64,000 bases of DNA, from the NCBI GenBank assembly GCA_965220745.1, contig CBDCQT010000013.1, positions 800,001-864,000 of the forward strand, in the 5' to 3' direction. Position numbers and translations under genes: made by a program. This document shows positions 1-11,240 of this stretch, piece after piece. Under the pieces are notes generated by a model. The model was not told where the DNA came from. It searched no databases and worked only from the letters and a program-made list of their open reading frames with translations. Numbering within the stretch: position 1 is the first letter of the stretch; every line of letters begins with the position of its first letter. The stretch comes from Alphaproteobacteria bacterium (GTDB lineage: Bacteria > Pseudomonadota > Alphaproteobacteria > UBA828).

Positions 1-435
1 GCCCCCACTTCCGGCAGCCGGTCGGGCTCCTGTTCATCAGGGGTGCGATCTGGCCCCGCGTGAGCTGCGGCTTCTTGCGCACCTCGCGCGAGGTGGCAGG
101 CGCATGAACGACATCGGCACCCTCGCCCCTGGCGTTGGGTCAGCGCCTCGCGGATAGACTGAATCAGGTCTTCCTGGGACATGCTCATGATCTTTGCGGC
201 GCTCATGATCGACGCGACGATGGCTGCCATTGCGCGGCGCGGCAAGGGGCTCAAGTCGGTCCTGGCGGATTTGGCGCAGGCGCGCGGCGCATAGAACAGC
301 ACCCTGTGCGTTCGCACGATGATAGGGAAAATCAATGGCTCGGACACCAGGTATTGGTGGCGACAATTGCGGACCACGAGCGAGCAAGCGTAGAATTTCG
401 ACAGGCTCGAGTCTCTGCAGGAAGTTGTGCGCACC

Positions 436-2958
436 ATGAAATGCATGATTCTGGCGGCCGGCTTGGCGCTTCTCTTGGCGGGCTGCATTCATGATGGAGA
501 CGGTGTCTCCACGTCCGGAGATACAACCGTCCAGCCGGAGCCCCCGAAGTCGGAAGAGGAGCGGCGGCGGGCTTATGCCGCGCACCCCGAGTTCCGCAGC
601 CAGTATGCGCTGGATCAGATCAATGCGCACTTTGCCTATGCCCGCGGCGCGACTGGTAAAGGGGTGACACTTGGCATCGTCGACAGCGGCGTCGATCCAA
701 GTCATCCCAAGTTCGAGGGTAAGCTCGAGTCGAGCAACGTCGAGGGCTACGAGCCCGACTTCGACACCTGCGACAACCCAGCCGCCGACGGCGACTGTCA
801 CAGCCTGGTCGGGCATGGAACGTTCGTCGCGGGCATTATGGCAGCGAACAGGCGGGCGAGCCCGGACGCGAGCACCGGCAGCGCGTCGGCCATCCACGGG
901 GTCGCTTTCGACGCTGATGTGATCTCGGTGGGGTTCCGCGATTTGGGCGAAACCCTCGAGGACATCATCGGCGATAACCCCACGCCCGAGCAGATCCGCG
1001 ACCTTCCCGATCTGCTGCGCGACCTCGAGTCCAACATGGAAGAGCAGTTCGCGTCAGCCTTTGAGCGTCTGAACGGGCGGGTAACTGCGGTCAACGCGAG
1101 CTTCGGGCTGCCCGGAAACATCGAGGACTTCGGCGCCGATGAGTTGCGTGCGCGCTTCCCCAACGTGATCGATGCCATCGCGCAGGTCGATACCCCGGCC
1201 GGCGCACGCACGATCTATGTTTGGGCGGCCGGCAACGCTCGCGGCGAGATCAATCTGGACGGCGCCGTCGAGTCCGGCAGTTCCGTCGAGATCGTGGCTG
1301 GGCTTCCGGTCAGGATCCCGGAGTTGCGGGGTCATTCCCTGGCTGTGGTGGCGACGGACCCACAGGGGAGCATCGCGGGTTTCTCAAATCTTTGCGGCAT
1401 CGCGAAGGAGTTCTGCCTGGCGGCGCCGGGTGTGGACATTACCGGCCCTGTGCCGAGCTTCTATTGCCCGTCCGGCAGCGGGGAGTGCTATCTCACCTTC
1501 GAAGAGGCCGGCACGTCGTCGGCCGCACCGTTCGTGACGGGCGGGATCGGTCTGCTCGCGCAGCATTACCGCAACCAGCTCGGCAACGACGAGATCGTTG
1601 AGCGCATGCTCGCGACCGCCGATCGGACGGGTGAGTATGCCGACTCGGACCTGTATGGCCGGGGCTTCCTCGACCTCGACGCCGCGACGCGTCCGGTGGG
1701 CGAGACGCGGATGCTGACCGGCCGCTTGCTGTCCGGTCCCTCGGCGCCGAGCGCCGCCAGCGTATTCCACCTGGGCGGCGCGTACGGGGATTCGCTCGCG
1801 CGGGGGTTCGCGTCGCGGGAGGTCGCAAGCTTCGACGACCTGGACGCGCCGTTCTTCCGCCCGCTTGGCGACTACCTCGGGCCCAGCCGGTCTTCCATGT
1901 TCGGGCTCGAAGAACGCCTTAGAACACTGGGGCGCGATCCACGCGGCCCAAGGTGGCGCATGAATGACACCGAGTTCCGACTGCGCCTCGATGCTGTGGC
2001 GACGTCTCATGACTTCGGTGGCGTGCAAGGTTCGGACTTCCGCAATAAGGCGGACGCGTCCGGCTCGCTCGGCTCGTTGTCGCTCGCTCAGGAGCTCGGA
2101 GGCGGTCGGCTGCTGTTCGGATACCGCGCCCACCCGGGCTGGCAGTTCGGGCTCCATGCCGGCAACGGCAAGGCGGGTGAAGGATCCGGATCGATCGATC
2201 CGGGCGTGTTCGCCGATGAGGGCGCATTCGCCAATCCGTTCCTTGAGTTTGCCCGCGACGGCGCCAGCATCGGCTACGGGGCGTCCCTCGGCGCGGCTTG
2301 GTTCCGTATCGCGGCTTTCCATGGCAATGCACAGTATGGGGAACTGCGCGACCCCGATGCGGGCCAAGCCACGGGTGCGTTGACCGAGTACCGCTTCGGC
2401 CGGTCCGGCCTCACCGTGCAGGCGGGGTGGCTCTCGGAAGCCGAGGCGGCGGTGGGCGGGCGGTCGAGCGGGGCGTTCGGCGAGATCGCTGCGGACTCCG
2501 TCATCGCGGGGCTCTCGGCGCGTCGTTCACTTGGCGCCGGCTGGACTCTGCTCGCCGGCGCCCATGCGGGCATGAGCCGCGCCGGGATGCAAGGGCATGG
2601 CATGGTACGCGACCCATCGGTGCTGTGGACCGGTTCGTTCGCTCTGGGTCTCGTCGGCGAAAGTATGGATCGTGCCGGAGGACGGTGGGGATTCCGGCTG
2701 TCTCAGCCGCTACGCGTGGAGGCGGGTCATGCGCAGCTGCGGTGGGTGTCGGGCCGCACTCCCGACGGACGGGTCACGGTCGAGCAGGCCACCCTGGACC
2801 TGGAGCCCTCGGGCCGTCAGCTGGATCTGGAACTGATCTACTCCCGTCCGTGGGCAGGCGGACGGGCGCATCTAGCCGCTATCGTCACGCGCGACGCAGG
2901 ACACGTCCAGGGCGAGCACGAAGCCGCACTGCTGATGCGCTACAGCCGCTCCTTCTGA
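436..2958 (+). CDS. S8 (subtilisin-like) serine peptidase, lipoprotein with putative C-terminal beta-barrel
   Basis: Lipobox LLAGC; triad motifs GIVDSG, HGTFVAG, GTSSAAP; oxyanion AAGN; amphipathic beta-rich C-terminus ending YSRSF. Confidence 0.9.
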   Translation: MKCMILAAGLALLLAGCIHDGDGVSTSGDTTVQPEPPKSEEERRRAYAAHPEFRSQYALDQINAHFAYARGATGKGVTLGIVDSGVDPSHPKFEGKLESSNVEGYEPDFDTCDNPAADGDCHSLVGHGTFVAGIMAANRRASPDASTGSASAIHGVAFDADVISVGFRDLGETLEDIIGDNPTPEQIRDLPDLLRDLESNMEEQFASAFERLNGRVTAVNASFGLPGNIEDFGADELRARFPNVIDAIAQVDTPAGARTIYVWAAGNARGEINLDGAVESGSSVEIVAGLPVRIPELRGHSLAVVATDPQGSIAGFSNLCGIAKEFCLAAPGVDITGPVPSFYCPSGSGECYLTFEEAGTSSAAPFVTGGIGLLAQHYRNQLGNDEIVERMLATADRTGEYADSDLYGRGFLDLDAATRPVGETRMLTGRLLSGPSAPSAASVFHLGGAYGDSLARGFASREVASFDDLDAPFFRPLGDYLGPSRSSMFGLEERLRTLGRDPRGPRWRMNDTEFRLRLDAVATSHDFGGVQGSDFRNKADASGSLGSLSLAQELGGGRLLFGYRAHPGWQFGLHAGNGKAGEGSGSIDPGVFADEGAFANPFLEFARDGASIGYGASLGAAWFRIAAFHGNAQYGELRDPDAGQATGALTEYRFGRSGLTVQAGWLSEAEAAVGGRSSGAFGEIAADSVIAGLSARRSLGAGWTLLAGAHAGMSRAGMQGHGMVRDPSVLWTGSFALGLVGESMDRAGGRWGFRLSQPLRVEAGHAQLRWVSGRTPDGRVTVEQATLDLEPSGRQLDLELIYSRPWAGGRAHLAAIVTRDAGHVQGEHEAALLMRYSRSF

Positions 2959-3225
2959 ATCGGCGAGGTACTCAGCCTTCGCGAGGTCCGTGACCGAAGC
3001 GAAGCTTCGGGCGGATGGCATGCCCGACAAAGGGATGCTTGCAGGGCAGACGAGCGCTCCTGTGGCGATGTGCATCGTCGAATCTGCGGCTCGAGGCTTC
3101 TGAAGGGTTGCAGCGGCATGGGTATGCTACGCGGCGAGGGCAGCCCGGACCGGCAAGGCCTTCGCCGACTGAACTCGGCGCCCCGCCGGCCGAGCGAACG
3201 GCAACGCGAGCCACTCTGGCGGCGG

Positions 3226-4269
<1,044 letters not shown>

Positions 4270-4689
4270 CTACGCCTCCCGAACGGCGACGCGTCGCAGA
4301 AGCCGCGTCCGACGCCCACAGGCTCAAGGCTCCTGAGGCCGTATCGCCGTATCCGGGCTCCTAGACCGATTCGCGGCATCCTGGCAAGCAGTGCGTCTCG
4401 CCCGGCGGGCAAGGTGCACCAGGATGCGCATGGAGATGGCATCTCGATGCTGGCGCTGCCGTGGTGTCTGCTGCAACGCAAAGCAGGCGACGATGCCCGC
4501 GACAATTCGCACTTTGGACATTCACAACGAGCACCCGATCTCTCTCTCGCAGCCACCTGCGAACCGGGGGAGGAAGAATGTTCTTGCTTCTGGAGACGGT
4601 AAGCGGCATGGAGGCGCCACCCGGTATCGACTGACGTTTGCGCTATGCCAACGAGCGAGCACCGGTCCATATCCATTAGGAGGATGTTG

Positions 4690-5142
4690 ATGATTTCGAT
4701 GAAGATCAACGGGGTCAGCCGCCAGTTCCACGGCGATCCCGACATGCCGCTCCTCTGGTATGTCCGGGACGAGCTCGGACTGACAGGGACCAAGTTCGGC
4801 TGCGGCGCTGCGCTCTGCGGCGCGTGCACCATGCACGTGGACGGCGAGGCGGTCCGCTCCTGTGTCACGGCGGTATCGGAAGCCGACGGGAGCGAGGTGA
4901 CCACCATCGAGGGTCTCGATGCCGACGGCAACCACCCGGTGCAGCGGGCGTGGCGCGCGCACAACGTGCCGCAGTGCGGCTACTGCCAATCCGGCCAGAT
5001 CATGTCGGCGGCGGCGCTGCTCAACGAAAACCCCGACCCCAGCGACGAAGAGATCGTTGACGGCATGGCCGGCAACATCTGTCGCTGCGGCACCTACCAG
5101 CGGATCTTCTCTGCGGTCCGCACAGCGGCGCAGGAGGTCTGA
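4690..5142 (+). CDS. [2Fe-2S] small subunit of isoquinoline/aldehyde oxidoreductase (IorA-like)
   Basis: [30 protein letters not shown]; GGAGG RBS at 4679-4683. Confidence 0.93.
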   Translation: MISMKINGVSRQFHGDPDMPLLWYVRDELGLTGTKFGCGAALCGACTMHVDGEAVRSCVTAVSEADGSEVTTIEGLDADGNHPVQRAWRAHNVPQCGYCQSGQIMSAAALLNENPDPSDEEIVDGMAGNICRCGTYQRIFSAVRTAAQEV

Positions 5143-5144
5143 TC

Positions 5145-7439
5145 ATGCTAGGCGTGCAGAACATCAGCCGGCGCACCTTCCTGAAGTCCGCCGGCGTCAC
5201 GGGTGCGCTCGTGCTCGGCGCCAACGTCGCCACCGGTTCCATGATCGGGACGGCGCGCGGCCAGAGCAACGGCAGCTCGGTCAAGCCCAACCTCTTCGTC
5301 GAGATTGCCGACGACGGGACGGTGACCATCACGTGCAGCCGCTCCGAGATGGGGCAAGGCGTGCGCACCGGCATCCCCATGATCCTGGCGGACGAGATGG
5401 AGGCCGACTGGCAGCGGGTCAAGATCTGGCAGGCGCCGGGCGACGAGACCAAGTACGACCCTGCCGGTAAGGATGCACAGAACACCGACGGCTCGCGCAG
5501 CACCCGCCACCACTTCGACGTGATGCGGCAGCTTGGCGCCGCCGGCCGCTACGTGCTTGAGCAGGCGGCGGCGAAGAAGTGGGGCGTCGACGCGAGCGAG
5601 GTCTATGCCAAGGATCACCGCCTCTACCACACCGGCACGGGCCAGTGGTTCGACTTCGGCGAGGTGGTGGACGCCGCAGCCGACATCGCGGTGCCGACCG
5701 GCGACGCCGCGCCGAAGCTCAAGGACAAGTCGCAGTGGAAGTACATCGGCCGCGACATGCCGGTGGTCGACAACTATGACATGAGCACTGGCGGCGGGAC
5801 CTACGGCGCCGACATCAGCGTGCCCGGCATGAAGATCGCCGTCGTGGCGCGCCCGCCAGTCTATCGCGGCAAGGCGAAGTCCTTCGACGCCAGCGAGGCG
5901 CTCAAGGTTCAGGGCGTCGAGCAGGTGATCGAGATTCCGGCGCTTTCCGACGCCATGCCGGCGCAGTTCCGTGCGCTCGGCGGCATCGCCGTGATCGGCA
6001 CCAACACGTGGTCGGTGATGGAGGGCCGCGACAGGCTCGTCATCGAGTGGGAGGACGGCCCCAACGTCAGGCATGATTCGGGCACCTACAACGAAGAGCT
6101 CATGGCCTCGGCGCGCGCCGGCGGCCTCGTCATCCGTGACCGGGGCAACGTCGACGAGGCGCTCGGCTCGGCCGCCCAAGTGATGGAGGCCGAGTACTTC
6201 GTGCCCTACTTCATCCACACGCCGATGGAGCCGCCGGTTGCCCTGGTAGACGCCACACAGATGCCGGTCAAGATCGTGAGCTCCACGCAGGCACCCAACG
6301 AGACGCGGCAGTATGTTGCGGAGGCGCTCGGCATCGAGAAGACCGACGTGGAATGCCAGGTGACGCTGCTGGGCGGCGGCTTCGGCCGCAAGTCGAAGCC
6401 CGACTTCGCCTGCGAGGCGGCGATCCTTTCCAGCAAGATCGGCGCCCCGGTGCGGGTGCAGTGGACGCGCGAGGACGAGATCCGGCACGGCTACTATCAC
6501 GCGGCATCCGCCCACACGCTGAAGGCGGGGCTCGACGCATCCGGCAACGTCACGGCGTGGCATCACTCGGGTGCGTGGCCCTCGCTCGTCTCACTCTGGA
6601 ACCCGGTACAGCGGACCGGCTTTCCCGTCGAGTTCGGACTCGGCCTCATCGACACACCCTATAACCAAGTGCCGAACATCCGCATCGAGAACGGCGAGAC
6701 CGACGCCATGATCCGGGTCGGCTGGTACCGCTCGGTCAACAACATCCAGCACGCCTTCGCGATGAACTGCTTCGCGAACGAGCTGGCGGAGGCGGCAGGC
6801 CGCGACCCGGTCGAGTTCCTGCTGGAGCTGATCGGCGATGCCGACGTCATGGACCTCACGGCGGACGGCGTGGAAGGCCACTGGAACTATGGCGATTCGA
6901 TCGAGGACTGGCCGATCATGCCGAAGCGGCTTTCCAACGTGCTCCGTGTGGTGGCGGAGAAGTCGGGCTACGGCAAGGCGATGCCGCCAGGCCACGGCTT
7001 AGGCATCGCGTGCCACCGCAGCTTCCACAGCTACGTGGGCACGGCCGTGCACGTCGTGGTGCGGGAGGACGGCTCGCTCCACATCCCGCAGGTTGACATG
7101 GCGATCGACTGCGGCCGCTACGTCAATCCTGAAGGGGTGCGGAAGCAGATGGAGGGTGCGGCCATCTACGGCCACTCGGTCGCGATGCACGGGCAGATCA
7201 CCACCACGCAGGGGGCGGTCGACCAGAGCAACTTCCACGACTACACCGTCACCCGCATGGACGATGCGCCTCTCGATGTGCGCGTGCACATCGTCGAGGA
7301 TTTCACGCATCTGAAGCCCTGCGGGGTGGGCGAGCCCGGCGTGCCGCCCTATACGCCGGCGCTGGTCAACGCGATCTACCAGGCGACCGGCAAGCGCATC
7401 CGCAGGCTGCCGATCGGCGATCAGCTCGAGTCTGCGTAG
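5145..7439 (+). CDS. Molybdopterin-binding large subunit, xanthine dehydrogenase family (IorB-like), Tat-exported
   Basis: Tat motif SRRTFLK; RSEMGQG, LGGGFGRK, QSNFHDY, GVGEPGVPP. Confidence 0.93.
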   Translation: MLGVQNISRRTFLKSAGVTGALVLGANVATGSMIGTARGQSNGSSVKPNLFVEIADDGTVTITCSRSEMGQGVRTGIPMILADEMEADWQRVKIWQAPGDETKYDPAGKDAQNTDGSRSTRHHFDVMRQLGAAGRYVLEQAAAKKWGVDASEVYAKDHRLYHTGTGQWFDFGEVVDAAADIAVPTGDAAPKLKDKSQWKYIGRDMPVVDNYDMSTGGGTYGADISVPGMKIAVVARPPVYRGKAKSFDASEALKVQGVEQVIEIPALSDAMPAQFRALGGIAVIGTNTWSVMEGRDRLVIEWEDGPNVRHDSGTYNEELMASARAGGLVIRDRGNVDEALGSAAQVMEAEYFVPYFIHTPMEPPVALVDATQMPVKIVSSTQAPNETRQYVAEALGIEKTDVECQVTLLGGGFGRKSKPDFACEAAILSSKIGAPVRVQWTREDEIRHGYYHAASAHTLKAGLDASGNVTAWHHSGAWPSLVSLWNPVQRTGFPVEFGLGLIDTPYNQVPNIRIENGETDAMIRVGWYRSVNNIQHAFAMNCFANELAEAAGRDPVEFLLELIGDADVMDLTADGVEGHWNYGDSIEDWPIMPKRLSNVLRVVAEKSGYGKAMPPGHGLGIACHRSFHSYVGTAVHVVVREDGSLHIPQVDMAIDCGRYVNPEGVRKQMEGAAIYGHSVAMHGQITTTQGAVDQSNFHDYTVTRMDDAPLDVRVHIVEDFTHLKPCGVGEPGVPPYTPALVNAIYQATGKRIRRLPIGDQLESA

Positions 7440-7454
7440 CGCCGCGGACGACGG

Positions 7455-7488
7455 GACGGCGAGGGATCCGAGTTCCCTCACCGTCCCC
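7455..7488. terminator. GC hairpin between convergent iorB-like and cytochrome c genes
   Basis: gggacgg-cgaggga / tccctca-ccgtccc imperfect stem; no clear U tract. Confidence 0.4.
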
Positions 7489-7526
7489 GAGCCCGTTCGC
7501 TCAAGCAGGCGGCGGCGTCCGCCGCC

Positions 7527-7916
7527 TCACTCGGCGCCGGTGGCTTCCTTGAGATAGGCGATCAGATCCTGGCGGTCTTTCTCTTTCCTGACGCCCCTGA
7601 ACACCATCTTGTTCTTCGGAACGTAGCCCTTGGGGTCGGCGATGAAGGCGTCCATGGTCTCTTCGTCCCAGACGATCGCCGCGTCTCTCAATGCGTCCGA
7701 GTATTTCCTGAAGCCCTCGGCCGTACCGGAAGTCAGGCCGAAAACGCCGTAGAGGTTCGGGCCGGCCTTGTGCTTCCCGCCTTCCTCGACGGTATGGCAG
7801 GCCTTGCACTTTCGGAAGACCTTCTCGCCGTTCCTGGCATCGGCGGCAATGGCGGACGCGTTCGCCGCCAATATGAAGGTAGCGAGGGCAATGGCGAGAA
7901 CATGTCCTGTGCGCAC
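7527..7916 (-). CDS. Class I cytochrome c (c2-like)
   Basis: GTG start after GGAGGAG; signal peptide; CKACH heme motif; GPNL; axial Met in KNKMVF. Confidence 0.93.
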   Translation of the reverse strand: MRTGHVLAIALATFILAANASAIAADARNGEKVFRKCKACHTVEEGGKHKAGPNLYGVFGLTSGTAEGFRKYSDALRDAAIVWDEETMDAFIADPKGYVPKNKMVFRGVRKEKDRQDLIAYLKEATGAE

Positions 7917-8239
7917 AGTCTCCTCCTCCGGTACCGTCCCGGCCGGGCAGTGAGCGTTTGAACCATACGCCGGATTCGATCCTGCAATCAACGATCCCTG
8001 GCATCCTGGCCGAGTTCTCGTGGGCAGCAGAACACGGACGAGGTGCCCGCGTCTCCCTCCAACATGAATCAGTCGGTTCGGCGTCGGGTTGCTCCTGCCA
8101 GCAAGGCCCGGAAACTTGCCTGCGAGCAAGCGACGGGCGATGCTTGCGCCCGTAGAGGCGACCGTAGCGAATACCGTCGAGGCCGGTCTATTCCGCGCCA
8201 TGCCGTAGGCGCCGCCGACTTGCCGACGAGGTCAGGAGA

Positions 8240-8767
8240 ATGCAGCTTACGCGATACAGCGACTATGCGGTGCGGGTACTCATGTACCTGGCGCTCAACG
8301 GTCACCGCCGCTGTACGACCCGGGAGATCGCCGACGCCTATGGCGTCTCGGAGAGCCACCTCACGAAAGTGATCCATCACTTGGGCGAAAGCGGTTTCAT
8401 CACGACGATCAGAGGCGAGGGCGGTGGCCTGGAGATGGCGAGACCGGCGAGCGGGATCAACCTCGGCGCCATTTACCGCGAGTTCGAGCCCAACTTCGAG
8501 TTGGCAGAGTGCTTCGCAGGCAAAGAAAGGTGCGCCTGTCCGATCGCAGGATTCTGCGAGCTGACGCGCGCGTTGGAATTGGCCCTGCAGGCGTTCCTCG
8601 ACGTCCTGGACCGGCACACGCTGGAGGACCTCCTGAAAGCGGCGCCCGTGCTGAAGGGCATATTGATCGGCAATGAGGAGGACGGGCCCCGGCGCGTCAG
8701 CGCTCGAGGGACGCCAACGCGTCGGCCCGTGTCGGGTGGATCTCCACGACCTTGTCGAATCCGCTGA
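8240..8767 (+). CDS. nsrR: Rrf2 family Fe-S regulator, NsrR-like
   Basis: MQLTRYSDYAVR, RGEGGGL, Cys cluster ECF..CACPIAGFC; C-terminal tail overlaps the convergent STAS gene. Confidence 0.8.
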   Translation: MQLTRYSDYAVRVLMYLALNGHRRCTTREIADAYGVSESHLTKVIHHLGESGFITTIRGEGGGLEMARPASGINLGAIYREFEPNFELAECFAGKERCACPIAGFCELTRALELALQAFLDVLDRHTLEDLLKAAPVLKGILIGNEEDGPRRVSARGTPTRRPVSGGSPRPCRIR

Positions 8768-9035
8768 TCTCGAAGACCTGCCGGACGGCGTTCGACGGCG
8801 CGTATAGCGAGAACGCATCATCCTGTTTTCGGAGGCGCTTGGCTGTCATCAGGACGGCTCGAAGGCCGGCGCTGCCGATATACGAGACCCGCTCGAAGTC
8901 CAGGACCGCCGACCGGTCGTCGGCCCCGGTCGCGGTTTCGATCGCCACGGCGAACTCCGTACTGCTGGCACCGTCGATGCGACCGCTCGCGCGAACACAA
9001 AGCACGCCGTCCTGCCTGTCGGTGTTGATCTCCAT
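8697..9035 (-). CDS. STAS-domain anti-sigma factor antagonist (RsbV/SpoIIAA-like)
   Basis: GRIDG, LDFERVSYIGSAGLR, VFEISGF. Confidence 0.88.
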   Translation of the reverse strand: MEINTDRQDGVLCVRASGRIDGASSTEFAVAIETATGADDRSAVLDFERVSYIGSAGLRAVLMTAKRLRKQDDAFSLYAPSNAVRQVFEISGFDKVVEIHPTRADALASLER

Positions 9036-9197
9036 ACCCAGAGCTCCCCGCCCTCGCGCGTCTCTGCCGCGGGCTCCGTCGAGGAGGCCGCCCTTCAGCG
9101 CCCGACCATCGTGCACGATTAATCGCCGGATGCCCGGCGACGAGCGGCCAGCCGGCGCATGCCGCCGCGTTCATCCGCTTCCCCGGCTTCTAGGCGG

Positions 9198-10151
9198 TCA
9201 CGGTTCGTCCCAACCTCCCGCCCGGTGCTTCGACGCCCCGCCGAAGAAGGCGAGGCATGCCTTTGCCAGGCGTCTCTTCCGCCCCTTGGCCGTGAGCTCT
9301 GCATGAAAGCACAAGCCGGTCTCGATGAAGTCGCCGGCCAGCATGACCAGAGTGCCGGCCTCCACATGCCGCCCGATGAGGTGTCGCCAGCCGAGCACGA
9401 TTCCGCGGCCGGCAACGGCCGCTTCCAGCGCATGGGTGTGGCCCTCTGCCGTCTCGTACCGGGGTCCGCGCACTGGCCGGCCCTTGGCTTCGAACCAGCG
9501 TGCCCAAGTCGCCCCGCCCTCGCCGGAACCCCCAAGTTCGAGGAGGGTCAAATCGGTCCAGCCGGCCACAGGCCCATCCAAGACTTGTGCATGAGCCGCG
9601 GCATAGCCCGGCGAGCAGAAGGCGCCGATCGCCTCCCTGGCAACTACAACGCAGTGTTTGGACGCGACAATCTCCGCATCCCAGGCCAGGGTCACGTCGG
9701 CAGACATCTCGGTCGGCGACGACGTCGCGAGACCGTCGCTATGGGCGAGGATGCGGATCCGGACCTCCTCCCCGAGCGCCGCCCTCAGCGCATCGAACCG
9801 CTGCATTACGAACAGATGCGATACCTCATCCGGGCAGGCGATCGCCACCTCCGGCGGGCCTGTGCCCGAGAGGGCTGCAGCCTCGGCAGCTCCCTCATGA
9901 AGCGCCCTGAGGCCTACAAGGACGGCCTCGTGATAACGCTGCCCCGCATCTGTCAGGCTCACTCCGACGCGGGAGCGATCGAACAGCCGTTCGGACAGAT
10001 GCTTCTCGAGACTCGCGATGTAGCGGCTGATCGCGGACTGCGAAGTGTGCAACTCCCGCGCTGCATGCGAGAAGTTGCCATGCCTCGCAGCGCTCTCGAA
10101 GGCGATCAGGGCGCTCATAGGCGGAATTCGGTAGGGGCCGCGATCGATCAT
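9198..10151 (-). CDS. LysR family transcriptional regulator (GcvA-like)
   Basis: ALIAFESAARHGNFSHAARELHTSQSAISR HTH; AAVAGRGIVLG. Confidence 0.9.
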   Translation of the reverse strand: MIDRGPYRIPPMSALIAFESAARHGNFSHAARELHTSQSAISRYIASLEKHLSERLFDRSRVGVSLTDAGQRYHEAVLVGLRALHEGAAEAAALSGTGPPEVAIACPDEVSHLFVMQRFDALRAALGEEVRIRILAHSDGLATSSPTEMSADVTLAWDAEIVASKHCVVVAREAIGAFCSPGYAAAHAQVLDGPVAGWTDLTLLELGGSGEGGATWARWFEAKGRPVRGPRYETAEGHTHALEAAVAGRGIVLGWRHLIGRHVEAGTLVMLAGDFIETGLCFHAELTAKGRKRRLAKACLAFFGGASKHRAGGWDEP

Positions 10152-10319
10152 GGTCCCGGCGGTGCGCTTACCTTTCATTATCCGGTTCGAGCTCCGTCTC
10201 AAGCGGTGCTGTTCTTACCGTGGCCGTGCGATCCTCCCCGGCGGGCGTTGCCGGCCGCACGCCCGGCCTCGCCGGCAGCTGTGCGGACGGTATGCAGGTC
10301 GCGATCGACGCTCGAGGCC

Positions 10320-10761
10320 TCACACCTGCCTCAGCGCCGCGTGCTTCACCAGCGTTACCACGTTGCGGCCGTTCCCCCGCTGGTACGCCACCGTGTACAT
10401 CGTCTTGCGCACGAGCCAGATGCCGAGGTTGCCTCTGGCGCGCTCCTTCGCCGAAGCGGACAAGTCAGGCTCCGGCGCCTGCAACGGATCGAACGCCTTG
10501 CCGTCGTTGGCGATCTCCACGGTGAGCGTATCGCCTTCGAGGCGGAGGGAGATATCGATCCGGTGCTCGCCGTCGTCGTCGTAGCCGTAGCCGATCGCGT
10601 TGGTTACCAGTTCGTCGACTGCCAGCGTGACGTCGAAGGGAATGCCGCTCGCCAGATCGTGCGCCGCGCAGAACGCATCGATCCTGGCGGCCGCGCTGCT
10701 GATGCCACGCAGATCGTTGGTGACCGAGATCCAGGGTGTCGCCGCTGACCGGCTCGCTCAT
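10320..10761 (-). pseudogene. RsbW-like anti-sigma factor/Ser kinase (HATPase_c_2), frameshifted
   Basis: Body reads ISVTNDLRG..LAVDELVTNAIGYGY..NDGKAFDP..GNLGIWLVRK; start MSEPVSGDTL is in another frame (shift near 10731) and the body frame has TGA upstream. Confidence 0.8.
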
Positions 10762-10829
10762 GACATCGCTGCTGTGTCGGCGACCGCAGGCGGAGCACAC
10801 GGCGGCCGGCGCTCCGACTCGCGCGTCCG

Positions 10830-11108
10830 CTACGGCTTCGCCGGCTCGACGATGATCCGCCCGCGCCCGCGCCTGATCCGGTAGCCCCCGCGCGGGATCG
10901 CGAGCGTGCCCTGCTGCACAAGCGGCCAGAGGGTATCCACGATCATGGTCGCATTCCCGTCCGGTGCCGCTCCTGACGCCGGCTGCGACGCCAGCCACTC
11001 AAGGAAGGCCCGGTTTGCGATCTCGTCGCCGATGGATTTTCGGAGTGCGTTGAGTTTGCGCGCCTGACCCTTGGTCAGGCTGGACTCGTCGATCTCGATC
11101 GCAGCCAT
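10830..11108 (-). CDS. Small hypothetical protein (92 aa)
   Basis: GAGGGAG RBS, ATG start, protein-like composition. Confidence 0.7.
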   Translation of the reverse strand: MAAIEIDESSLTKGQARKLNALRKSIGDEIANRAFLEWLASQPASGAAPDGNATMIVDTLWPLVQQGTLAIPRGGYRIRRGRGRIIVEPAKP

Positions 11109-11240
11109 GGAGCAACTCCCTCGGGTGGTTGGACGTTATTGAGAGCATATACCAGCTTGCGCTGCACGGTGCTGCCGGTGTGGCGCGCCGGATGTGCAGC
11201 ATTTGGGCAGCCGCCGCCGCGCCGCACGCCGACAGAACCC

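Noticed and set aside
1-230. Possible minus-strand ORF (MAAIVASIMSAAKIMSMSQEDLIQSIREAL..) running off the left edge
   Set aside because: No recognisable motif and incomplete; cannot be supported from this window.
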